Positions 18,410-27,993 of a DNA stretch of 64,000 bases are shown here, one piece after another (within the stretch, counting starts at the first letter, position 1; every line of letters begins with the position of its first letter). Below the pieces are notes generated by a model, which saw nothing but the letters and a program-made list of their open reading frames with translations, did not search any database and was not told the origin of the DNA. The translations under genes were made by a program, and so were the position numbers. The DNA is taken from positions 85,293-149,292 of the forward strand of contig CAZGIK010000004.1 in assembly GCA_964525755.1 (NCBI GenBank). Direction: 5' to 3'. The DNA comes from an uncultured Verrucomicrobiota bacterium. GTDB taxonomy: Bacteria > Verrucomicrobiota > Verrucomicrobiia > Limisphaerales > UBA9464.

Positions 18410-19123
18410 GTGCCCGGCCCATCCTCCATCGCCGCCCCGACCCCGGATTGGACACCGGTCCTCCCGTCGCGGGATTGGCGGTCGCCCGGGGCCGTGATGT
18501 CGGGCGGACTGGCCTGCGGGTGCATCGTCGCCGGGGCCGGGCTCTACGGCCTGGCGATCGGGAGTTGGCGGTCGCCGCTGCAGGCCGTCTTCACCGGGGT
18601 GAAGTTCCCCCTGATCCTGCTGGCGACCGCCGTGGGGAACTCCCTGATCAGCGCCCTGCTCGCCCCGCTGCTGGGGTTGCGGATGGGGTTCCGGGAGAGT
18701 CTGTCGGCGGTGCTCTCCACCTTTGCGACCCTGAGCCTGATCCTCGGCAGCCTCGGGCCGGCGGTCGTGTTCCTCGTCTGGAGCCTGCCGGGTGCCGAGG
18801 CCGGCTGGGAGGATCGTTCCCGGGCGTTCTACCTGCTGCAATCCAGCCAGGTGGCGTGCATCGGCGCCGCCGGGACGGCGGCCGTGGTCCGGCTGCGCCA
18901 TCACCTGGAACGCCGGGGCGGCTCCGCGGCCGTCGCCCGACGGGTGCTCGCAGCCTGGCTGTCGATCCACCTGCTCCTCGGCAGCCAGCTCACCTGGATC
19001 CTCCGCCCGTTCTTCGGCCAGCATGCGCTCCCGGTCCAGTTCCTGCGGCCCGCCCCGCTGGACGGGAACTTCTTCGAGACCCTCGCCTTCTCCCTGCGCC
19101 ATCTGGCCGGTTCCCTTCCGTGA
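18410..19123 (+). CDS. Integral membrane protein, unknown function (paralog 1)
   Basis: Track ORF with a GTG start; an alternative ATG is at 18497. It has about 5 TM segments and shares its block order with the next gene (YGLAIGSW / YGLVIGTF; LRPFFG / MRPLVG; NFFETL / RFFIGHW). Confidence 0.55.
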   Translation: MPGPSSIAAPTPDWTPVLPSRDWRSPGAVMSGGLACGCIVAGAGLYGLAIGSWRSPLQAVFTGVKFPLILLATAVGNSLISALLAPLLGLRMGFRESLSAVLSTFATLSLILGSLGPAVVFLVWSLPGAEAGWEDRSRAFYLLQSSQVACIGAAGTAAVVRLRHHLERRGGSAAVARRVLAAWLSIHLLLGSQLTWILRPFFGQHALPVQFLRPAPLDGNFFETLAFSLRHLAGSLP

Positions 19124-19142
19124 GTCCCCATCCCCACCGCCC

Positions 19143-19838
19143 ATGAACCCATCCGCCGTTCCCACCCCATCCGCCGCCATTCCGCATCCGGAGCCGATGA
19201 CCGCCGGCCAGGCGGTCGCCGCCCTGCTCCAGGATCCGGGCCGGCTGTTCCTCCATCTCGAACACCACGCCCCCGGCCCGATCCTCCGCGTCCACCTCCT
19301 TGTGGCGGTGATCGGGGCGGCCGCCTACGGGCTCGTGATCGGCACGTTCTCCGGCGGCGACCAGATCTGGCGGGCCCTGGTCAAGACCACCATCGGCCTG
19401 CCGCTGGCGGCGCTCATCTGCCTCCCCAGCCTCTACGTGTTCTCGGGTCTGGCCGGTGCGCGGCTCCGGCCGGCCCAGGTGGCGGCCATGGCGGCGTCCC
19501 TCCTGGCCCTGATGACGCTCCTGCTCCTCGGCTTCGCCCCGGTGGCGTGGGTCTTCTCGGTGTCGACCAACGGCGTCCCCTTCATGGGGGCGCTCCACCT
19601 GGTCCTGTGGGTGGCGGCCGCCGGGTTCGGCTTCCGCCTGCTCGGGGCCGGCCTGACGCACTTCGGCGGCCGGTCCGGCGCGGCGCCGACCGCCTGGGCG
19701 CTCCTCTTCCTCCTGGTCTCCCTCCAGATGACCACGGCCATGCGCCCGCTCGTCGGAACCGCCGACACCTGGCTGCCCACCGAGAAGCGGTTCTTCATCG
19801 GACACTGGCTGTCCGAACTGCGGACGGCAGCCGAATGA
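19143..19838 (+). CDS. Integral membrane protein, unknown function (paralog 2)
   Basis: Tail of track ORF 18792..19838, starting at ATG 19143. It has about 5 TM segments and resembles the preceding gene. Confidence 0.6.
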   Translation: MNPSAVPTPSAAIPHPEPMTAGQAVAALLQDPGRLFLHLEHHAPGPILRVHLLVAVIGAAAYGLVIGTFSGGDQIWRALVKTTIGLPLAALICLPSLYVFSGLAGARLRPAQVAAMAASLLALMTLLLLGFAPVAWVFSVSTNGVPFMGALHLVLWVAAAGFGFRLLGAGLTHFGGRSGAAPTAWALLFLLVSLQMTTAMRPLVGTADTWLPTEKRFFIGHWLSELRTAAE

Positions 19839-19847
19839 TCCGGGGCC

Positions 19848-20891
19848 CTATTTCGTGCCCGCGGCCTCGGTCAGGACCTCGGCGATCCAGTCGGACTGGG
19901 CCAGGTACCATCCCACGGTCTCGCGGATGCCGGTCTCGAAGGTGTGGGCGGGGACCCACCCCAGTTCCCGCTCGATCTTGCCCGCGTCGATCGCGTACCG
20001 GCGGTCGTGCCCCGGACGGTCGGTCACGAAACGGATCAGCGACCGGGAGTCCCCCCCCAGCTCCGGACGCATCTCGTCCACCAGGTCGCAGATCCGCTCG
20101 ACGATCCGGATGTTCGGCCACTCGTTGTGGCCGCCCACGTTGTAGGTCTCGCCGTCCCGCCCCCGGTTCAGCACCTGCCACAACGCCTCGCAGTGGTCCC
20201 CCACGTACAGCCAGTCCCGCACGTTCATCCCGTCCCCGTACACCGGGATGCCCTCCCGACGGAGCACCTTGAGGATCACCACCGGGATCAGCTTCTCGGG
20301 AAACTGGAACGGGCCGTAGTTGTTCGAGCAGTTCGTCACCACCGTCGGCAGCCCGTAGGTGTGGTGGTAGGCCCGCACCAGCAGGTCGCTCGACGCCTTG
20401 CTGGCCGAGTAGGGCGAGTTCGGGGCGTACGGGGTGGTCTCGGTGAACAGGCCCGTCTCCCCCAGCGAGCCGTACACCTCGTCGGTGCTGACATGATGGA
20501 ACCGCGGGGCGATCCCGTGCCGGAGCTGGAACGGCTTCTCCATCCACGCCTCACGGCAGGCCTCGAGGAGGTGGAAGGTGCCGACGACATTCGTGTGGAT
20601 GAACGCGCCGGGGCCGCTGATCGAGCGGTCCACATGGCTCTCGGCCGCCAGGTGCAGGACGTGGGTGACGGCGTGTTCCCGCACCACCCGCCGCACCGCC
20701 TCCTGGTCGCGCAGGTCGACCTGCTCGAAGGCGTACCGCGGATGGTTCTCAACCCCGCGCAGGTTCGCCCGGTGGCCCGCGTAGGTGAGGCAGTCGAGGT
20801 TGATCAACCGGTCGATCGACGGGTGGTCGATGACGTGCCGGATGAGGTTCGAGCCGATGAATCCGGCACCGCCGGTGAGAAGCAGGTTCAT
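19848..20891 (-). CDS. rfbB: dTDP-glucose 4,6-dehydratase
   Basis: Track ORF. Blocks [28 protein letters not shown] and the C-terminal [10 protein letters not shown]. Confidence 0.95.
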   Translation of the reverse strand: MNLLLTGGAGFIGSNLIRHVIDHPSIDRLINLDCLTYAGHRANLRGVENHPRYAFEQVDLRDQEAVRRVVREHAVTHVLHLAAESHVDRSISGPGAFIHTNVVGTFHLLEACREAWMEKPFQLRHGIAPRFHHVSTDEVYGSLGETGLFTETTPYAPNSPYSASKASSDLLVRAYHHTYGLPTVVTNCSNNYGPFQFPEKLIPVVILKVLRREGIPVYGDGMNVRDWLYVGDHCEALWQVLNRGRDGETYNVGGHNEWPNIRIVERICDLVDEMRPELGGDSRSLIRFVTDRPGHDRRYAIDAGKIERELGWVPAHTFETGIRETVGWYLAQSDWIAEVLTEAAGTK

Positions 20892-20899
20892 TCTTTTCT

Positions 20900-20930
20900 G
20901 GGCTAAAGGCTAAAGGCTAAGGGCCAAGGG
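20900..20930. repeat. Left arm of a 31-nt inverted repeat (four GGCNAAR heptamers)
   Basis: GGGCTAAAGGCTAAAGGCTAAGGGCCAAGGG. It matches the reverse complement of 21339-21369 at 29/31 positions and ends 8 nt from the rfbB ATG. Confidence 0.85.
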
Positions 20931-20945
20931 AGTGGGGGATGAGAA

Positions 20946-21329
20946 CTAAAGGTGGGATGGGGGCGGCTTGAAGGTCTGCGATCGGGATCGAGCCAGGGCG
21001 GCGAGGGACCGGGCCAAGCCTTCCAGGCGGGCATCCAGTTCCGTCTGAGTGGCCAGATCAACCAACCCCACCTCCGCTGCGATATCCACCTGGGTTCGAA
21101 GCTCCGCGATGGAGCCCTTCGCAATCTGGAAAAAGCGGACCGCCTCCCGATCGCCGCCCCGCTCGTCTCCTTCGGCGATGTTGCTCGCGACGCTGACCGC
21201 CGACCGGCACATCTGATCCTTCAGCCCGAAATCGCGGGACAACGGCGGTACGGACGCCAACCGGTACACCTCAACCGCAATCGCCCGTGCCTCCTGCCAG
21301 ACCTTCAGATCCCGGTATCCCGTCCCCAT
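20946..21329 (-). CDS. Four-helix-bundle protein (TIGR02436 / 23S rRNA intervening-sequence protein family, Avd-like)
   Basis: Track ORF, 127 aa. Blocks YRDLKVWQEARAIAVEVYRL, QMCRSAVSVASNIAEG, RFFQIAKGSIAELRTQ. Confidence 0.85.
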   Translation of the reverse strand: MGTGYRDLKVWQEARAIAVEVYRLASVPPLSRDFGLKDQMCRSAVSVASNIAEGDERGGDREAVRFFQIAKGSIAELRTQVDIAAEVGLVDLATQTELDARLEGLARSLAALARSRSQTFKPPPSHL

Positions 21330-21338
21330 CGCCTTCAG

Positions 21339-21369
21339 CCCTTCGCCCTTAGCCTTTGGCCTTTAGCCC
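21339..21369. repeat. Right arm of the 31-nt inverted repeat
   Basis: CCCTTCGCCCTTAGCCTTTGGCCTTTAGCCC. It contains the stop codon (21349-21351) and the last codons (GLKAKG) of the upstream reductase gene. Confidence 0.85.
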
Positions 21370-22317
21370 CTCTGCAACCCAGTTTCTCAACGACTCGTCC
21401 AGCGCCTCGTCGACGGGGCGGATGCGGATGCCGGCAGCGGTCAGCTTGGTCATGTCGAGCAGGCAGTTGGAGCGCGGGGTCTTGGCCGCCACCCGGTAGA
21501 ACTCGGCATCGTCGGTCCAGTACTCGAACGTCCGGTCCAGCCGCAGCCGCTCCCGGATCAACTCGACCACCTGGCGCGTCGTCACCCAGCCGGGGTTGGT
21601 CACGTTGTACAGCCCGAACGGCACCCGCTTCTCCAAGCAATCCAGGCACGCCTTCGCGAAGTCACCCCGGTGGGAGATGCTGTTGGCGTTGTCATACACC
21701 TTGGCGTAGCGCTGGACCTTGCTCAGGTAGTTGCGGGCGTTGTCCACCCCGTCGAACGGGATCCGCAGCCGCCACAGGTAGCTCCGTCCCAACCCCAGCA
21801 CCGCCTCCTCGCCCAGGGCCTTGGTCCCGCTGTAGAAGCTGCACGGGCCGTCGCGGAAGCTGAAGTTCGGCGGGTCCTCCTCCCGGAACCCCGCCAGACG
21901 CCCGGGTTCCTCCGCGATCACCGCCCGCATCGCCGGCGTGGTCAGGTCCTTCTCCACCCGCCATGATCCGTCCTCCTGGCGCACCCGCGCGCCGCTGTAG
22001 ATGCAGCCGGAGCTGACATGCCCCCACGGCAAGCCCGCCACCTCGCAGGCCTGGGCGATGGTCTGCGGCAGCAGCGTGTTGCCCAGCAGCGTGTCGGCCC
22101 GATGCGCCTCGCAGGCGTCCACGTTCGGCTTGCCGGTGTAGCCGGCGCAGTTGACCACGAACTCCGGCCGGACGTCCGTGAGCAGCGCCCGCAGGCGGTC
22201 GAAGCGCGTGTAGTCCGCCTCGCTCCGCGAGACCCGACGGTACACCCATCCGCGACGCCGCAACTCGGCCTCGAACGCCTCGCCCACATAGCCCGTTCCT
22301 CCCAGCAGCAGGATCAT
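21349..22317 (-). CDS. NAD-dependent 4-keto-6-deoxyhexose reductase of the NRS/ER type (possible bifunctional 3,5-epimerase/4-reductase for dTDP-rhamnose)
   Basis: Frame of track ORF 21349..22446(-), starting at ATG 22317 (MILLLGGTGYVG). Blocks NCAGYTGKPNVDACE, EEDPPNFSF...SFYSGTKALGE, NARNYLSKVQRYAKV, YNVTNPG and PRSNCLLDMTKL align by eye with plant/giant-virus NRS/ER-type enzymes rather than classical RfbD. Confidence 0.7.
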   Translation of the reverse strand: MILLLGGTGYVGEAFEAELRRRGWVYRRVSRSEADYTRFDRLRALLTDVRPEFVVNCAGYTGKPNVDACEAHRADTLLGNTLLPQTIAQACEVAGLPWGHVSSGCIYSGARVRQEDGSWRVEKDLTTPAMRAVIAEEPGRLAGFREEDPPNFSFRDGPCSFYSGTKALGEEAVLGLGRSYLWRLRIPFDGVDNARNYLSKVQRYAKVYDNANSISHRGDFAKACLDCLEKRVPFGLYNVTNPGWVTTRQVVELIRERLRLDRTFEYWTDDAEFYRVAAKTPRSNCLLDMTKLTAAGIRIRPVDEALDESLRNWVAEGLKAKG

Positions 22318-22357
22318 CTGGTCTTTCCTTGGAATCTCGTTGGTTCGACAGGCGGAT

Positions 22358-23230
22358 TCAGCCCCGCCGCGCCTCGGCCACGACCTCCTCGAGGTAGGTC
22401 CGGTACTCGCACCGGGGCAGGCGCCCCACCAGCGTGTCGAGGGCATCCAGTCCGATGAACCCCCGACGGAACGCCGCCTCCTCCGGGCAGCCCACCTTGA
22501 TCCCCTGCCGCTTCTCGATGGTCTGCACGTAGGCGCTGGCCTCGTGCAGGCTCGAGCTGGTCCCCGCGTCCAGCCAGGCGAAGCCGCGTTCCAGCCGATA
22601 CACCTGCAGCCGGCCGCGGCGGAGGTACTCGACGTTCACGTCGGTGATCTCCAGCTCCCCCCGGGCGCTGGGCTTCAGGTCGCGGGCGATCTGGACGATC
22701 TCGTTGTCGTAGATGTACAGCCCGGGCACCGCGTAGTTCGAGCGCGGCGCCTTCGGCTTCTCCTCGATGGAGATCGCCCGCCCCTGGGCGTCGAACTCCA
22801 CCACCCCGTAGCGCTCGGGGTCGTGGACGTGGTAGCCGAAGATCACCGCACCCTCGCCGAACGCACCGAACGCGCGGGAGAAGGTGTCGCCCCCGTAGAA
22901 GATGTTGTCGCCCAGGATCAGGGTGACCGGGTCGGAACCGATGAAGCTGTCGGCGATCCGGAACGCCTGGGCGATCCCCTCCGGACGGGCCTGCTCCCGG
23001 TACTCGATCCGAAGCCCCCACGCCGAGCCGTCGCCGAGCAACTGACGGAAACGCGGCAGGTCGTGCGGGGTGGAGATCAGGCACACCTCCCGCACGCCCC
23101 CCTCGATCAGGGTGGTCAGCGGGTAGTACACCATGGGCTTGTCGTACACCGGCTGCAGCTGCTTCGACGCCACCAGCGTCAGCGGATACAGCCGGCTGCC
23201 GGCGCCCCCGGCGAGGATGATCCCCTTCAT
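22358..23230 (-). CDS. rfbA: Glucose-1-phosphate thymidylyltransferase
   Basis: Frame of track ORF 22358..23332(-), starting at ATG 23230. Blocks MKGIILAGGAGSRLYPLT, KQLQPVYDKPMVYYPL, LGDNIFYG and RGFAWLDAGT. Confidence 0.95.
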   Translation of the reverse strand: MKGIILAGGAGSRLYPLTLVASKQLQPVYDKPMVYYPLTTLIEGGVREVCLISTPHDLPRFRQLLGDGSAWGLRIEYREQARPEGIAQAFRIADSFIGSDPVTLILGDNIFYGGDTFSRAFGAFGEGAVIFGYHVHDPERYGVVEFDAQGRAISIEEKPKAPRSNYAVPGLYIYDNEIVQIARDLKPSARGELEITDVNVEYLRRGRLQVYRLERGFAWLDAGTSSSLHEASAYVQTIEKRQGIKVGCPEEAAFRRGFIGLDALDTLVGRLPRCEYRTYLEEVVAEARRG

Positions 23231-23316
23231 TCGGGGCGGAAGACTACGGATGACGGACCGGAAGGCCAGCCACGAGTGGATTGCCCATCCGGGCGGCCGC
23301 CGGTCACGATCGGGCC

Positions 23317-24294
23317 GTGGCGGATGAGGCATCCTTCGACATCGGGCCCCTGACGTCCCGGCTCCGGGAACTGCGCGGGGCCGGGGTGTACCTCGGGACC
23401 TCGTCGTGGAAGTACCCCGGCTGGTGCGGGCAGGTGTACACCCCCGGGCGCTACACCTTCCGGGGCCGGTTCAGCGAGGCGCGGTTCGAGCGCACCTGCC
23501 TGCAGGAATACGCCGCCACGTTCCCGACGGTCTGTGTCGACGCCGCGTACTACACCTTCCCGAGGGAATCCTGGCTCCAGGGCCTCGCCGGCCAGGTTCC
23601 GGACGACTTCCGCTTCTCCTTCAAGGTCACCGACGAGATCACCCTCCGGCACTACCCCCGACTGCCCCGGTTCGGCCCACGGGGCGGGACCGCGAACCCG
23701 AGCTTCCTCAACCCCGACCTCTTCTGCCGTTCCTTCCTCGGTCCGCTGGAACGGATCCGTCCGAAGGTCGGCCTGCTCATCTTCGAGTTCTCCCATTTCC
23801 ATCCCTCCGATTTTTCCCGGGGACGGGACTTCGTCGCCGCGCTGGACCGGTTCCTCGGCTGCCTCCCGCCCGACTGGTCCTACGGGGTGGAGATCCGCAA
23901 CCGCAACCTGCTGCATCCGGAATACTTCGCCGCCCTGGCCCGGCACGGGGTCTCGCATGTCTTCAACTCGTGGACGGACATGCCCGCGGTGTCGGACCAA
24001 CTGGACATGCCGGGAAGCGTGACCTGTCCGTCGACGGTCGGATGCCGCCTCCTCCTGCGTCCGGGCCGCACCTACCAGGAGGCGGTCAGCCGGTTCGCGC
24101 CCTATGACCGGGTGCGGGACGAGTTCATCGAGGGCCGCGAGGCGGGGGCGCGCCTGATCGCGGATTCGCTGGCGCTCGACCGACGGCGGACCGCCTACCT
24201 CTACGTGAACAACCGCTTCGAGGGAAACGCCCCGCTGACCATCGCGGCGATGATCGAGCGCGCCCGGAAGCGACGGGAGGCGGAACTCGAATAG
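23317..24294 (+). CDS. DUF72 family protein
   Basis: Frame of track ORF 23281..24294; the start is GTG 23317 or TTG 23281. Blocks YLGTSSWKYPGW, FPTVCVDAAYY, FRFSFKV and YLYVNNRFEGNAP. Confidence 0.8.
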   Translation: MADEASFDIGPLTSRLRELRGAGVYLGTSSWKYPGWCGQVYTPGRYTFRGRFSEARFERTCLQEYAATFPTVCVDAAYYTFPRESWLQGLAGQVPDDFRFSFKVTDEITLRHYPRLPRFGPRGGTANPSFLNPDLFCRSFLGPLERIRPKVGLLIFEFSHFHPSDFSRGRDFVAALDRFLGCLPPDWSYGVEIRNRNLLHPEYFAALARHGVSHVFNSWTDMPAVSDQLDMPGSVTCPSTVGCRLLLRPGRTYQEAVSRFAPYDRVRDEFIEGREAGARLIADSLALDRRRTAYLYVNNRFEGNAPLTIAAMIERARKRREAELE

Positions 24295-24318
24295 CCGGGA
24301 CCGGGACGGCGGACCGGG

Positions 24319-25047
24319 TCAGTCGACGAGGGCGTCCCACGCCACGGACACGATCCCGCCGAGGATGTCGCCGATGTCCAGGCCCCAGCCGTTTCCGCCC
24401 AGGCTCCGGACCGGCGGCGGGCTGGCGGATCCCATGGGCACCGGCGACGAGGCCCGGCGGCGGCGATTCTCCAGTTCCTCCACCTCCATCCGTCGCGCCC
24501 GCTCCAGCCCTCCGACCCGGACGAAGTCCACCACGCGGGTGAGTTCCTCCGCATCGAACCAGGTGCCATGAGCCTTGCACACGTCGACCACCACGCCGGA
24601 ACTGCGGGCGAAGTTGCGCCGGTTCATCAACTCGGCGCAGACCGGACAACGGCGATACCGGACCGGTTCGATCGAATCGGCGGCGGATGCGGAAGGGAAA
24701 CGGTGCAACACCGCCGTCTGTGCCTCGGCGGTCCGGACCACGTGCTCGACCGATCCGCCGTCGAGCCACAGCCCGTGGCATCCGGCGCATTCCTGGAGGT
24801 CCACCTCACCCACCCGCGTGTGGTGCATCCGCTTCCGACAGGTGGGACACTCGTGGACGCCGGCTCCCTGGTCCCAGCGGTCACCCCGCTCGCCGCAGTG
24901 CGGGCAGAATCGGGAGCCGAGGAACATCATCCCGAAGCACCCCGGGCAGGCGATCGTGGCGAGGCGCGCCCCGCAGTGGCCACAGGCGGTCGCATCGGTC
25001 CGCGCCGGGGCCCCGCAGCCATGACATTGCAGCGTTGTCGTCTGCAT
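24319..25047 (-). CDS. Multi-zinc-ribbon protein (two zf-TFIIB-type CxxC...CxxC units plus an N-terminal double zinc ribbon)
   Basis: Last 242 aa of track ORF 24319..25419(-), starting at ATG 25047. Blocks CHGCGAP...CGHCG, CPGC...CPHCG, CPTC...LQECAGCHGLWLD and CPVC...VDVCKAHGTWFDAEEL. Confidence 0.65.
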   Translation of the reverse strand: MQTTTLQCHGCGAPARTDATACGHCGARLATIACPGCFGMMFLGSRFCPHCGERGDRWDQGAGVHECPTCRKRMHHTRVGEVDLQECAGCHGLWLDGGSVEHVVRTAEAQTAVLHRFPSASAADSIEPVRYRRCPVCAELMNRRNFARSSGVVVDVCKAHGTWFDAEELTRVVDFVRVGGLERARRMEVEELENRRRRASSPVPMGSASPPPVRSLGGNGWGLDIGDILGGIVSVAWDALVD

Positions 25048-25165
25048 GGCCGCGCATCCTGAACAGCCCGTTCCCGATCGCCAATGGAATGTCGTCCGGA
25101 CTTCCGACCGGCAGCCCGCCCTCCCGGGCGGTGAATGCCCCGCCCCCCGGACGCGTCGGCCCCGG

Positions 25166-27139
25166 GTGATTCCACGCGCCGCCGCCCGCCTCGTCGGATG
25201 GACCGTCCCCGCCCTGCTCGCCATCCTCGCCCGGGCCGAGGTCCCGATCGACGTGGCGGCCAACCCACCGCCCGGCGCCCCCGGCCTCCAGGAATCCCTC
25301 GACCGCGCCCGGGCCATCCGGTCGGCACGCCCCGGGGAGGGCGTCACCCTCGTCCTGGCCGACGGCGTCCACCGTCTCGACATCCCCCTCACCTTCGGCC
25401 CGGGCGACTCGCGGATCACCCTCGCCGCCGCACCGGGGGCCCGTCCGGTCCTCTCCGGGGCGGTGGACGTGACCGGATGGGAACCGCTGCCCGGTCGCCC
25501 CGGCGCGTGGCATGCGCCATCCCCCGCCCGGCTGGAGGGGCGTGCGACGCCCCGTCAGCTGTTCATCAACGGCGCCCGGGCCATCCCGGCCCGGATCCCG
25601 AACGAGGGCCACCGGATGAGCCGCGGTCCGCTGACCGGCACGACGCCGATCCACCTCCCCTTCCACCCCGGCGACCTGCAACCCGCCTGGGCGGGCCGGG
25701 CCTCGGTGGGGATGTACATGAAGTGGACCCAACTGCACCTGCCGCTGGGAGACATCGACGGGGACGCCGGGGTGGCCCGCCTCGACGGCGGCCCGCGTTC
25801 CGCGTGGATGGACAGTCCGGAGGAGCGCTACTGGATCGAGGGGGTGCCCGAGGCGCTCGACGCCCCGGGGGAATGGCAGCGGGATCCGGATTCGGGCCGG
25901 TTCCTGCTGATTCCACCGACCGGGATCGACCCGCGCACGGCCTCGGTCACGGTGCCGGCGCTCGACGTCCTGGTGCTCTGGGAGGGAACCGCGGAGCGGC
26001 CGGTGCGGGAGGTCACCCTGAGAGGCCTGACCTTTGCCGGGACGGAGTGCGGGTTTCCGTCGCCCGGCCGGATCGATCCCCAGGCCGCCAGCCAGACCCC
26101 CGGGGCGCTCCGGGCCCGGTACGCCGTGGGCTGCCGGGTGGAGGACTGCCTGTTCGACGGGCTGGGCGGCTATGGCCTGGAGATGGGTCGCGGCTGCCAG
26201 GACTGGCGCGTGGTGGGCAATGAGTTTCGAGACCTCGGGGCCGGCGGCATCCGGATCGGGGAACCGGGCGACCGGGAGCCAGACCCCGCCGCCGCCTGCC
26301 ACAGTCACCACTTCACCGACAACCACCTCCACCGGCTGGGCCGTATCCTCGCACCGGCGGTCGGCGTCCTGGTCTTCCAGAGCGGCACCAACCGGATCGC
26401 CCACAACCACATCCACGACCTGTACTACACCGCGATCTCGGTCGGGTGGACCTGGGGCTACCAGGCCTCGCCCTGCCGCGGGAACGTGATCGAGTTCAAC
26501 CACGTCCATGACATCGGCCAGGGACTCCTCAGCGACATGGGCGGCATCTACCTCCTCGGTCCCCAACCGGGAACGGTGGTCCGGAACAACGTCTTCCACG
26601 ACATCCGGAGCCGACAGTACGGCGGCTGGGGGCTCTACACCGACGAGGGCAGCACCGGGATCCTCCTCGAAAACAACGTCGCTTACCGCTGCCTCGATGC
26701 CGGGTTCCACCAGCACTACGGCCGGGACAACGTGGTCCGCAACAACCTCCTCGCCTGGAACAGCCGGCATTCGGTGATGCGCACCCGCGACGAGCCCCAC
26801 CGCTCGTTCGAGTTCACCCGCAACGTGGTCCTCGCCGATTCCGGCACCCTGCTGGGCAGCAACTGGAACGGAACCCCGGACCGGTTCACCACCGACCACA
26901 ACCTCTGGTTCGACGCCCGCCACGGGGCCTCGGTCGACGCCTACCGGTTCGCCGGAGGCACCTGGGAGGAATGGAGGCAGCGGGGCCACGACCGCCATTC
27001 GGTCATCGCCGATCCCCTGCTGGTGGATCCGCTCCGCCCCGAACGCGGCCTCCGGCCGGATTCCCCCGCGTTCGGAATCGGTTTCCAGCCGATCGACCTC
27101 TCCCGGCTCGGACCACGTCCGCCCGGGGAACGGGACTGA
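25166..27139 (+). CDS. Secreted right-handed parallel beta-helix repeat protein (pectate-lyase-fold, probable polysaccharide-active enzyme)
   Basis: Frame of track ORF 25046..27139. The likely start is GTG 25166, which gives the signal peptide [24 protein letters not shown]. Repeated blocks: [41 protein letters not shown] and NNVAYRC. Confidence 0.7.
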   Translation: MIPRAAARLVGWTVPALLAILARAEVPIDVAANPPPGAPGLQESLDRARAIRSARPGEGVTLVLADGVHRLDIPLTFGPGDSRITLAAAPGARPVLSGAVDVTGWEPLPGRPGAWHAPSPARLEGRATPRQLFINGARAIPARIPNEGHRMSRGPLTGTTPIHLPFHPGDLQPAWAGRASVGMYMKWTQLHLPLGDIDGDAGVARLDGGPRSAWMDSPEERYWIEGVPEALDAPGEWQRDPDSGRFLLIPPTGIDPRTASVTVPALDVLVLWEGTAERPVREVTLRGLTFAGTECGFPSPGRIDPQAASQTPGALRARYAVGCRVEDCLFDGLGGYGLEMGRGCQDWRVVGNEFRDLGAGGIRIGEPGDREPDPAAACHSHHFTDNHLHRLGRILAPAVGVLVFQSGTNRIAHNHIHDLYYTAISVGWTWGYQASPCRGNVIEFNHVHDIGQGLLSDMGGIYLLGPQPGTVVRNNVFHDIRSRQYGGWGLYTDEGSTGILLENNVAYRCLDAGFHQHYGRDNVVRNNLLAWNSRHSVMRTRDEPHRSFEFTRNVVLADSGTLLGSNWNGTPDRFTTDHNLWFDARHGASVDAYRFAGGTWEEWRQRGHDRHSVIADPLLVDPLRPERGLRPDSPAFGIGFQPIDLSRLGPRPPGERD

Positions 27140-27156
27140 GCGGGAACTCCGAGGGG

Positions 27157-27993
27157 TCACCCGGGCGGCGGGCCGGCGAGGCATCGGGCCACGGTGACGA
27201 ACTGCTCGAGCCCGACCTTTTCCGCCCGCTCGGTCGGGGTGATCCCGGCCGCGTCGAAGGCGACCGCCAACGCGTCGGCCGGCCAGTCCTGCTTCAGCAG
27301 CTTGAGCATCATCTTGCGACGTTGGCTGAAGCCCCGCTTCACCACCCGGATGAACACCGCGGCGACGCGCCGGTCGGCCAGCGGAACGGCCCGGCGCACC
27401 AGCGTCACACAGGCCGAATCCACGTCGGGCGCCGGGAAGAAACAGCCCCGCGGGATGCCGAACCAGCCGGCCACCTCATACCGCAGCCCCAGCAGCAGGG
27501 TGAGCAGGCCGTAGTCCGACGTGTCCCGCTGGGCGGCGATCCGTCGGACCACCTCGAGCTGGAGGGTGACCACCATCCGGGCCGGCGGGCCGTCGGCCCC
27601 GGCCAGGTCCACCAGGAGGGGCGAGGCGACCGAATACGGAAGGTTGGCCACGAGGCTCCAGTCGGACCAGTCCCGCGGGTTCTCCCGCAGCCAGTCCATC
27701 GCATCGGCCACCACCAGGTGCAGACGGCCATCGGTTCCCAGCCGCCCACGGAGAACCTCCGCCAACCGCGCATCCTTCTCGATGGCGAGCACCTCCGAGG
27801 CGGCCGACAGGAGTCGCTCGGTCAGCGGCCCCAACCCCGGGCCGATCTCCAGCACCCGGGAATCCGGACCGAGCTGCGCGGCGGCGACGATGCGGTCCAA
27901 CTGACGGGCGTCGTGCAGGAAGTTCTGTCCGAGGGAACGGGTCAGCTGGATGTCACCCGCGGCCAGGATCCGTCGCATCTCGCCCAAGGTCAT
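27157..27993 (-). CDS. rsmA: 16S rRNA (adenine1518/1519-N6)-dimethyltransferase
   Basis: Last 278 aa of track ORF 27157..29415(-). ATG 27993 overlaps the upstream stop (ATGA). Blocks [31 protein letters not shown] and FSQRRKM. Confidence 0.9.
   Translation of the reverse strand: MTLGEMRRILAAGDIQLTRSLGQNFLHDARQLDRIVAAAQLGPDSRVLEIGPGLGPLTERLLSAASEVLAIEKDARLAEVLRGRLGTDGRLHLVVADAMDWLRENPRDWSDWSLVANLPYSVASPLLVDLAGADGPPARMVVTLQLEVVRRIAAQRDTSDYGLLTLLLGLRYEVAGWFGIPRGCFFPAPDVDSACVTLVRRAVPLADRRVAAVFIRVVKRGFSQRRKMMLKLLKQDWPADALAVAFDAAGITPTERAEKVGLEQFVTVARCLAGPPPG

Noticed and set aside
20900-20930. Tandem GGCNAAR heptamers as a possible CRISPR or other array
   Set aside because: There are only four 7-nt units per arm, no spacers and no cas genes. 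The two blocks are inverted copies of each other. I saw no CRISPR-like array anywhere in the window.
20900-21369. Interpreting the IR-flanked four-helix-bundle cassette as a transposon/MITE, or as part of a diversity-generating retroelement (Avd-like protein)
   Set aside because: There is no transposase and no convincing target-site duplication; only a TCT-like trinucleotide occurs near both ends. For a DGR, the window has no reverse transcriptase gene and I noticed no template/variable repeat pair. I therefore report it only as an IR-bracketed module.
24881-27184. 767-aa minus-strand ORF
   Set aside because: It is antisense to the beta-helix repeat protein and translates to low-complexity sequence. 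The plus-strand frame shows regular NxxxHD beta-helix repeats.
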